A stretch of 64,000 bases of DNA from NCBI GenBank assembly GCA_030141605.1, contig JAQGDQ010000630.1:1-64000 (forward strand). The letters are read 5' to 3'. Both the position numbers and the translations under genes were made by a program. Positions 55,120 to 64,000 of the stretch are shown here, one piece after another (positions within the stretch are counted from its first letter, which is position 1; each line of letters starts with the position of its first letter). The notes under the pieces are model-generated. The model saw nothing but the letters and a program-made list of their open reading frames with translations. It did no database searches and had not been told where the DNA came from. The stretch is from Tubiluchus corallicola. Its lineage: Eukaryota > Animalia > Priapulida.

Positions 55120-55358
55120 TTAGGCTCTTTGACTGAATTTTATATCAACTACGTTTAGTACAATTTTGCAGTTTATCATAATATCTTTAGTATCAGGATA
55201 TCAACATTTATAAAAATTGTTACTTATTTGTATTCTTAAAACCTGCTTAGCCAACCTTTCATCATTTGAATTTATTAATAAGTGACAGTGCATTGATTTT
55301 TATATTCTATTCTACATATCAAAGGCCATGTGTACATTTCAGTTTTGGTTTAGGTTTA

Positions 55359-55425
55359 GCCAGTTTGGCCTAGTGGTAACGCATTCATTTTCCATCTGGT
55401 AGGTCGTGTGTCCGATACAGCGGTA
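55359..55425 (+). mobile_element. Degenerate tRNA-SINE head fragment
   Basis: GTTTGGCCTAGTGGTAACGCATTCATTTTCCATCTGGTAGGTCGTG aligns to the head of the SINE at 16085-16313. Confidence 0.55.
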
Positions 55426-55943
55426 GTTTATTTATAGTCGGCCCAAAAGCTCTTCGGAGCATATGTTAATTGTTGATCCAAAAAAGCCGACTTTAAATAG
55501 AGATTATTATTATTATTATTGTTTTTATTATTATTCAGCTAGCATGCCCCAATATGGCGTACTGTTTTTTGGCAGAAGATTTTTGATAATGCGTCTCTCT
55601 GAACAGTGAATACTCTCTAACATATCTACTTCTGTTTGAGTGAGGTTAGCCTTGATATTATTTTCTCATAGATGGAACAACCAGATTTTCGAATAACATT
55701 AAAAGTATTACTGTTACAGAAGAACCTACTTTTGTTTCACTAACAATAGCCAATACCTGAGAAATTACAAATTTTATATTCTCTCTCCTTTTTCAAACAT
55801 CAGATAATAATTATTTTAAGTATTAAACTAGCCCCTCAGATATTTATATTCGTTATTTTTTTATTTGCCAATTTTTTACTTTTAGTACAAATTCTTTGTA
55901 CTTAGTTTTTTGTCATATTAGTCCCCATATACTTCATGTTTTA

Positions 55944-56355
55944 TAGTGATGAGCATCGAACGTTTGAGTTCAAACGTTCAAATCGAATTCGAACGCTCGA
56001 ATTCGATTCGAACGAGTTTTTTTAGTTCGAACTCAATTCGAATCCAAAACTATAGATTCGAATAATTCAGCACTTCAATCACATATGTCCTTGTTCACTA
56101 GAACGATTGCAACAACATGCAATTAGCGTAATTTAGCAGTGATTTCTGTGCACAATTTTAAACAAATTACTAGTCGTTTCATTGCAGAACAAAATCTAGT
56201 GATACACATGATCTTTGTAAGACTAATTTTTACTGGTGGTTCGAAAATCTTTCAATCTCAATTCGAATTCGAAACACTGAAGTTCGGTTCGAATTCGATA
56301 GTCACAAATTCGGTTTGATTCGAATTTGCTTTCTGGTAGAGACTGCTCACCCCTG
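55944..56355. mobile_element. hAT-like MITE (family D) with TTCGAA-rich subterminal repeats
   Basis: Ends TAGTGATGAGCA ... TGCTCACCCCTG; 8-bp flanks ATGTTTTA/ATTTTTTA. Confidence 0.7.
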
Positions 56356-56661
56356 ATTTTTTATGTATGCATTTAATGCTAGCAATGAACTTGCTTCTGT
56401 ATTCTCGTGACGAGTTATCAACTTTTCACTATAATTACGCCCTCGTCCAGCAAAAGAGGGCGCAGGTACACTCGCATTTGCCGCAACGTGTACTATATTG
56501 TCTGTAGAAATTTGTGCAATTTCTTGAGAATGATCCAAGCAAACAGTTTCTATTAAAATGACTAAAATTTTCGTCGCCTTGAAGGTATTGTTTTGCCTCT
56601 AAGTGATTCAGTGTTGTGAATCTGTCAAATGCACGAATACATTAAAAATTAAGGCTGTAAT

Positions 56662-58662
56662 ATGTCGTCAAAGGAACAGCAAAGCTCCCAGGTAAACGTT
56701 ACTGGATTATTCACTGAACTGAATCGTCTTGGCAAAAATCAAGAATATGAAAGGGCTTTGAGAACCACCAATAAAATCCTGAAATTGCTACCAGATGATC
56801 CTACAGCACTGCATTGTAAAGTGGTTTGTCTAATTCAACTGTCAAAGTTTGATGATGCACAAAAACTGTTAAATAAATTACCGAACGATGTAGTAAGTTT
56901 GCTGTCGTTTGAGAAAGCATACTGCCAGTATCGGTTAAATCAAGTCCCAGCGGCACTGGCAACTCTTCAAGGTATTGCTAATCCCAGCAGTAAGGTGCAG
57001 GAGTTGCTAGGCCAAGTACTGTACCGGCTTGAAAGATACCAAGAAAGTTACGATGCTTACAGAGAGCTTATTAAGAATTCCAGCGACGATTTCGAGGATG
57101 AAAGAGAGACCAATCTCGCAGCTGTATTTTCAGGGCTAAGTAGTAGAAACGAACCAAAATCCATGAAATATGGCTTACGCGAGGAGACCTTTGAGTTAGC
57201 GTATAATTCCGCTTGTTATTTAATAGCGCAGCACGACTATGCTGGAGCTGAATCCAAGCTACATTTAGCCGAAAACTTGTGTCAGAAACGTCTGGAAACA
57301 GATGACGATATTACAGAAGATGAAATAGAACAAGATTTAGAAATAGTCAGAGTGCAACTGGCGTACGTTTTACAAGTGCAAGATAAAACCACCAAGGCTT
57401 CCAATATTTACAATCAAGTTCTGAAACAGAAACCATCAGACGTTGCAGTGACGGCGGTTGCCTCAAACAATATTGTGTGCTTAAACAAAGACCAGAATTT
57501 GTTCGATTCGAAGAAAAAAATGCGCGTTGCTACTGCCGATGGGCTTCACCACAAACTCAACAGCCTACAACAGAAGTCCGTGGCTATGAATCAGTGCTTG
57601 GTAGCACTGTACAGTAATCAGGCCGAACAGTGCCGCCACCTGGCTAATCAGTTGCAGTTGCGATATCCAGAGAGCGACACGCCTCATATCATACTAGTTG
57701 CCGAATTGTGCCGCAGCAAACAGGTGGTGAAGGCTGTTCAATACATGGAAAATTACCTACACAAAACCACGACAGATGACAAGACGTTTTTGTATTTGAT
57801 CTTAGCACAGCTGTTCTTAATTCAAGGCAATGTCAAAGCGGCTTGTGAAAGGTTACAATCTCTAGGAGAGTACAGCTACAAGCCCGGAGTGGTCTCTGCC
57901 TTGGTTACTCTCTTTGGGAGCATCGGCGATTGGACCTCTGCTTCGTCGGCCTTGACAAAGGCGATCAACTGGTACAAGATAAGCAAACCTCAGTCACCCG
58001 ACTTAGTGGTCCTAATTCAGGAGAGTTCCCAGTTTCATTTGAAACATGGGTTGTCCGATACTGCAGTGAAAATGCTGGAGGAACTGCACAGCAGGGATTC
58101 CCATGATGTGACAACATTAGCTCAGCTAATTATGGCGTATTCACAAGCTGATCCTAAAAAAGCCGCTTCTCTGAGTAAGAAATTGCCGCCGGCAGCCGAT
58201 CTCTCGGGAGGTATTGACGTTGATGCTCTAGAATCTGTAAACATGTCTGTCGGTGGTGCAACCAAGTATATGAAGAAAGTGGCCGCGAAACAAGATGGCT
58301 CGCCCTCTGTTCCTGCCGCTGTAACCAATGAGAAAGCAAAACACCGGAAGAAGAAAAAGGGCAAGTTGCCCAAGAGCTACGATCCTGGTGTTGACCCGGA
58401 CCCGGAAAGGTGGTTGCCAAAACGCGAACGATCTGGTTATAAAAGCCGCAAGAAAGACAAGCGAAAGGAAATAGGTAAAGGGACTCAGGGAGCAATAAGT
58501 TCCATGGGAGACATGGAAACCGGTAAAATGCCTCCTGTGGGTCCTGCAACATCGCAGCAAAGTCCCAAACCGGGATCGACACAATCTGCACCTCAGGGAC
58601 CTCGACAGCAAAAACCGCAGCCACAAACTAAGAAGAAAAAGAAGAAAGGCGGAAGGTGGTAA
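56662..58662 (+). CDS. SRP72: Signal recognition particle subunit SRP72, 666 aa, single coding exon
   Basis: N-terminal TPRs (FEKAYCQYRLN, GQVLYRLE), KKKKGKLPKSYDPGVDPDPERWLPKRERS RNA-binding motif, GKGTQG, and a KKKKKKGGRW C-terminus. Confidence 0.98.
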   Translation: MSSKEQQSSQVNVTGLFTELNRLGKNQEYERALRTTNKILKLLPDDPTALHCKVVCLIQLSKFDDAQKLLNKLPNDVVSLLSFEKAYCQYRLNQVPAALATLQGIANPSSKVQELLGQVLYRLERYQESYDAYRELIKNSSDDFEDERETNLAAVFSGLSSRNEPKSMKYGLREETFELAYNSACYLIAQHDYAGAESKLHLAENLCQKRLETDDDITEDEIEQDLEIVRVQLAYVLQVQDKTTKASNIYNQVLKQKPSDVAVTAVASNNIVCLNKDQNLFDSKKKMRVATADGLHHKLNSLQQKSVAMNQCLVALYSNQAEQCRHLANQLQLRYPESDTPHIILVAELCRSKQVVKAVQYMENYLHKTTTDDKTFLYLILAQLFLIQGNVKAACERLQSLGEYSYKPGVVSALVTLFGSIGDWTSASSALTKAINWYKISKPQSPDLVVLIQESSQFHLKHGLSDTAVKMLEELHSRDSHDVTTLAQLIMAYSQADPKKAASLSKKLPPAADLSGGIDVDALESVNMSVGGATKYMKKVAAKQDGSPSVPAAVTNEKAKHRKKKKGKLPKSYDPGVDPDPERWLPKRERSGYKSRKKDKRKEIGKGTQGAISSMGDMETGKMPPVGPATSQQSPKPGSTQSAPQGPRQQKPQPQTKKKKKKGGRW

Positions 58663-58981
58663 TTTAAAAAAAAGCAGTACATTCTGACACATTTTTTTAT
58701 GCGTGGCGGCCAAGGGATTATTTTTAATCAGATACATTTTATTGAACTGAATTAATGTGGTATGTCAATTTTTATTTTGTTATGTTTTTTATGGTTTAAA
58801 TTACAGTGATTCGTATTTTGTACAATTTTTGTTAAACTTAATGTTAGGACGTGACTAAAAATGCAAATACTACAGTCGAAACATTCTTTTTCACTTTGTT
58901 TAACAATGTAAACTGTGGAAACCTTCGCCTGTATGACTTAAGAGATTGTTAGCAAAAAGAGCAGCAACAAATTCTGAAGTA

Positions 58982-59714
58982 CAGTACATACATGTGTACA
59001 AGTCGACCCTATGTACAAGTCGATGTGCATTTTAAGACCAAAAATTGCATCATTTTATATATTACCTGTGTACAAATCGACCCTAAAATGTTAAGATCTT
59101 CCAGAGTATATGATGTTAACAATGGCCGAGTAACAAATCAGCTTCCTATTTGAAGAAAAAAATAATTTACTAAAATTAATACCTCTGCGTAGTTGTATTT
59201 TATATACGCGTGTATGCTGGTAATCAGTTTTGCCAGTAAAACACGCATATGCAAGGCCAGTGTAAAGCTTCCCACGGAAGCCGACAGGCAGCAGCACCTG
59301 CACAACATTGGCGATTTCCATTTTCTGATCGAGTGCTCCGTCGCTAGTTTATTTACCGGTATTATATAAATTTTAACTTAATTTCACTTACATTAAAATA
59401 AATTACAGTAATGTTTGTTAATTTTGTGAAGTAATGTCAAGATGCGAGCATTTTCTGATGTAAAGTATCACAGTATGAGTGTTCATTCAGTCCAGCATAT
59501 AATGAAGGATCATTTCTTTAGATATTTGTATTGTAGACGACTCTTTAACGACATCTCCCAAAAACATATCTTAAGCATAAGTCGACCTTAAATATTTCAC
59601 CTTAAAATCGCCTCCCAAAAATTCGACTTAACATATCTTAAGTATAAGTTGGCCCTAAAAATTTCACCTTAAAATCGCCTCCCAAAAATTCGACTTGTAC
59701 ATAAGTATATACTG
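58982..59714. mobile_element. Tc1/mariner-pogo-like MITE
   Basis: TA|CAGTACATACATGTGTACAAGTCGA ... TCGACTTGTACATAAGTATATACTG|TA. Confidence 0.85.
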
Positions 59715-60019
59715 TAAGTTAGCAAAGTTAAGTTATAACAGCTAACAGCATTTCTTCTTGTTTGATGGGATCACTGTCTGTTAATAGAATGTTGAGTTTT
59801 GGTTATTTAAGTATCAAATACAGCACACTTTAGTTTCAGTTTACCACAAACACAGAAAGAAAGTGCTCTAACTAGAAAGATTTTCTGACACTTGCTGATG
59901 TTTTGGGGATTAGAAAGGAAGCCATGAAGTTTAATAAAATTAGTGTCAAATTTTCTGTTACGATTATCTCTTTGTACCAAAGAAAACTTGTTTTTATGTT
60001 GAATTTTTGACCTTTAAAT

Positions 60020-60478
60020 CAGGGGCGTGCAAATTATCTGACTAGCCGGGCCACATTAAACATTCCCGCAATTCTTGGGGGCCACATGCAGTTTGATCAA
60101 GGAGCCAAGTACAGTAGGACCTAATAACGATTTTTTGCATCCGATTTGCGCTACTACACTCAAGAAACTATTTTAGAAGTTATTAAAATTTTATATTACA
60201 AACCATATATTTCTACTTTCGGGACAGATAGTGGTAATTTCATTACAATGCATATTAGTAATGTGTATCACACAGTCTGTGTAGTACAGTGACATTAAGT
60301 GACAACCGTGTTTTAAGGGTGAATGCCATCCGATCAAGAGGAAAAAACTACCCGCACTATCTTTGCAATATTGGTGCAGACTTCAGCTGGTTTGCGTGGG
60401 CCGCACTTTCATTACGTTGGCAAACCTCTTCGCGGGCCGCACAAGATCTCTCGGCGGGCCGCAGTTTGCACACCCCTG
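60020..60478. mobile_element. hAT MITE family A, copy 5 (more diverged)
   Basis: Same TIRs; TSD CTTTAAAT. Confidence 0.93.
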
Positions 60479-60730
60479 CTTTAAATAATCCATGCCAGCA
60501 GAATCTGGCCTGCTTGTGAAAATATCAGTAATACTGAATGTAACACGACCGATCGTTTTATTAAAAGAACTACTACATGTAATAAAAAAGATGATTGCCT
60601 ATTTAATGGTTTATGGTGCTGTGGATCTTGTTTAATTCTCATGTCATATCGTTCTTTGAGGGAGGCAAGGTCTAGTGAAGACGATACACAACAGCCGGCA
60701 TATATTGAAGTGCTTTCAACAATACAAATA

Positions 60731-62060
60731 CAGTAGGCGCCGCTTAATGGACTCACTTTGGGACTGAAGTGTTTTGACCCAGTTAACCGAGTGAACCTAT
60801 TAACCGATGGGTGTAGTATTACTGGTATAGAAGTATGACTATATCAGCTCAATATGCATTGCAAAGGTTTTTAATGAATTTTAGAAAATAATTAATGCCT
60901 AAATTCCTTTGTGCAGTTAAAAATTAGAAAAAAATATTGTAAAATATTAGTTTATATCAGTGAATTAGTTAGCAATAAATTAAAAAGCATACTTTTCTAC
61001 ATTATTCTAAACTACGGTGCTTAAACTGTTGGGGGTGCACGTGTTTCCCCGCAAGTAATTTGTCTGTAGTTTGGCCTAAGCTCCCGCTTGCCATAATTGT
61101 GACTTACTGTACTGTACCTGCATCTCAGGCACAACAGCAACATCTAACTGATTAAACATTCTGGCAAAGACAAGGAGAACCAGAGCTTCAAAAGCAAACA
61201 GCTAAACAAGTAATTAAATGTTTGGCTTCCAGGAATTCTCGGATAACGAGGTTAATTGCAGTGGACGGGTGGGTCAAAGCAAACCATTAGGCTAGCATAA
61301 TTAGCCCCTATGCTAAACGTTCCTCCTTGTGCACAAAACTGTAGTTAACGTGATTATTTCTATGTATGTTATAGGACAAAAGCGAACTAAGATGATATAA
61401 AAGCCATAAAAACTTATTGGTCACAAAAAAGTGTCTTATTGAAACGTGTGAAGCAAAAATTTTGAGTCAATTACCGACAGTTTTAAAGCACATTTGAATA
61501 GAAGTGACACGTACTAGGCGTTTTTTTGAGTCAATTAAGCGATTGAGTCAGGGATGAGAATGACAAATTGCAAAAAACTCTGAAACAGGCCGGGTTTTGG
61601 GGACCGCGTAGGCCCCCATGGGAGTTCAAGGGGCGAAGCAACAAATTGCAATTTTGTGATGATAGAGAGCCTCTAAGTGGACTTAAAATATCAGTTACCT
61701 TGTTTCATGCATAATTTCAAATACCCAACTATCAAGGATACATGATACCTAATTGTCTCAAAAACGCCTAAGTACTGACCGCTGCTATGCAAACGTATAT
61801 AAAAACTGTCTGCAATTGACTCAAATAACTCCGCACAATTGATTCTATATTTTTATACATAGATGTACGTGATGTAAACGCAGTGACGGCCTGCCAACTA
61901 GCGGTCAGCTTGGGAAATAATGTACTGGGTCCGTAAAAATTTTCTCAACGAATTTATGCGATTTACAAAAATGGCACTACTGGTCTTCCAAAAACCCGGA
62001 ATTCCACGTTCCGCGGAAAATTCTCATCCCTGGATTGAGTCTACTAAGCGGCGCCTATTG
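60731..62060. mobile_element. pogo/Tigger-like non-autonomous element hosting a nested hAT MITE
   Basis: TA|CAGTAGGCGCCGCTTAATGGACTCA ... TGAGTCTACTAAGCGGCGCCTATTG|TA. Confidence 0.85.
61549..62032. mobile_element. hAT MITE family C, copy 2
   Basis: TIR CAGGGATGAGAAT/ATTCTCATCCCTG; perfect TSD GATTGAGT. Confidence 0.93.
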
Positions 62061-63004
62061 TACATCTTAAGTGATATTATAATTGGTCTTGGGAACTGAA
62101 GAAATAGCTTAGAGTCGACTGAAATACAAGTTCAATGATTATGTATCATATGATGGTCGACATAAAGACTTCGCAATTACAAATGAAGTTAGCTAAATCC
62201 ATACCAAGCAAATGTAGTGTAAAAGTACTGTATGTAAAATGCTACTGATGTTTAGTATTGCGTTATGATTCATGCTTTGCTTGTATAAAAAAACTCAGAC
62301 AATTTGTGGGTTATTTTAAAACTTATCAATAAAATTAACGGACACTCAGTATTACACACAACTGGTTACAGTATTGTTTAAATCAATTAAAAAAGTTTTG
62401 AATCGCACGTGACTGAATTCGCATTGTTAGCACGTGGTCGATGAAGGAACGATAAGTACGAATTGAAACGGTTCATAATTTTGAACAAAACTAGCCATTA
62501 AAAGTAGCAGTTTTTGCATCTGTAAACAAGTTCTCTCGGTAAATGTTAGGAACCACTTTCTTTCAGTGCAGCAAGATAAAGTACCCAAACAACATCATGC
62601 ACACATCAACTAAACTCTATTAGTATGGCACTTCAGCATCATATAGTTATGCTCTGCCCGCAGAGGTGGTGCTGCCCTCTGATGTGAAATAGCATCAGAC
62701 ACATTAAATTTAAATGCCCAGCTTTAGCAATTCGTGGCAAGCTAGCAGAAAAAGCGAAATCTTCGATCGTTGATTTCAAAAAGCTCAAACTATTCGCGTT
62801 TTTGCTGCTATTGAATACAGCACACCCTGGCTGCCAAATGGGTTTCATTACACGGAAGTTTCATTCGGAAGAATCAAGTAAAGCCGTACATAAAATTGCA
62901 ATGATAACTGCTGTAAAATTTCCACTCGGTTTCAAACACAACTGTCAACAAATTCACACTCCCATCCGTGAACAGTGACTGTGTGTCTTCTTAACTCAAT
63001 ACAG

Positions 63005-63500
63005 TAGGGGTGTGCAAATTATCTGACTAGCCGGGCCACATTAAACTTTCCCGCAATTCCTGCAGGCCACAGGCAGGGAGCCAAGTACAGAAAGGCCTAA
63101 TAATGATTTTTTGCATCCGACCTGCGTACATCATTACTACTATACTCAAGTAACTATTTCAGAAGTTATTAAAATTTATATTACAAACCATATATTTCTA
63201 CTTTCAGGACAGATAGTGGTAATTTCATTACAATGCATATTAGTAATGTGAATCACACAGTCTGTGTAGTACAGTGACATTAAGCTACAACCGTCTTGTA
63301 AGGGCTAATGGCATCCGATCTAGTAGAAAAAACTACCCGCACTATCTTTGGGATCGTGGCACGGACTTCAGCTGGATACACTCAATTAATCGCGCGGGTC
63401 GCACTTTCATTAGGTTGACAAATCTCTTCGCGGGCCGCACAAATTCTCTCGGTGGGCCGCAATTTGCAAGTGGCCTCGGGCCGCAATTTGCACACCCCTG
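63005..63500. mobile_element. hAT MITE family A, copy 6
   Basis: Same TIRs; TSD CAATACAG; the right subterminal motif is partly duplicated. Confidence 0.94.
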
Positions 63501-64000
63501 CAATACAGGTCGCTGGAGTAAATTGTGGGCATTTACATTGCTGCTAATTTCACAATAATTTGGCCCCGTTCACGGGGTCAAAACTTTGAGGTGCGCACCA
63601 TAGAAATGACATTCCAATGCTGCTAAAGATTCTCAGTATAAAAGCAACAACACATTTAAAATCTTTAAAATCTCGCAGTTTAAATATTGCATGTCTCACT
63701 TTATAGGTAGCAAAACACGGAAATGACGATGTCACAATTGTTAACAACCTCTGAATGGGAAAGTGATGAACTTTTCCTAGCGAAATCCGGTACCGCAGTG
63801 GACATCAGCTTTGCAAAAGCGGCTTTATATATTTAACCTTTTTTGTCCTGTACGTTTTCGGAGCGATCAGTCTTAACACGTGGTGCGTCACGACGGCGGT
63901 CATTCCCCAGATTTTGTGCTTCGTGCCGTGAAACACGGGCAGCGAGTAGCCGCCGTACGAACGGAACTGCGTGTGCCGGTGCTGTGAAGCGTCGCACAGG

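Noticed and set aside
63840-64000. CpG-rich end of the window as the start of another gene
   Set aside because: Too short, with no recognisable ORF or motif inside the window.

Overview
AT-rich, repeat-dense genomic DNA from an animal, probably an invertebrate (species not determinable from the sequence). Three protein genes are supported: (1) a full-length sacsin (SACS) on + with seven well-supported coding exons from 15185 to 38899, including an 11,033-bp exon, plus a probable first coding exon at 6052-6106 (about 4,413 aa in total; three HSP90-like SIRPT repeats, J domain, HEPN domain); (2) an intronless Rab geranylgeranyltransferase alpha subunit (RABGGTA, - strand); (3) an intronless SRP72 (+ strand), divergent from RABGGTA. 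The rest is microsatellites and minisatellites, hAT, pogo-like and piggyBac-like MITEs (most with readable target-site duplications), LINE 3' fragments, a tRNA SINE, a solo LTR and a tandem duplication of about 3.6/4.4 kb. No CRISPR array or prokaryote-type system is present, and I cannot claim a new multi-gene system. The best candidates for undescribed biology are a 5S-rRNA-headed SINE with an apparently bipartite RTE-derived body, a solo LTR with a perfect four-unit heat-shock element before its TATA box, a composite hAT element bracketing about 400 bp of unrelated DNA, and an inverted pair of 5S-promoter-like repeats. All family assignments come from reading motifs by eye and from recalled consensus sequences; no database search was run.
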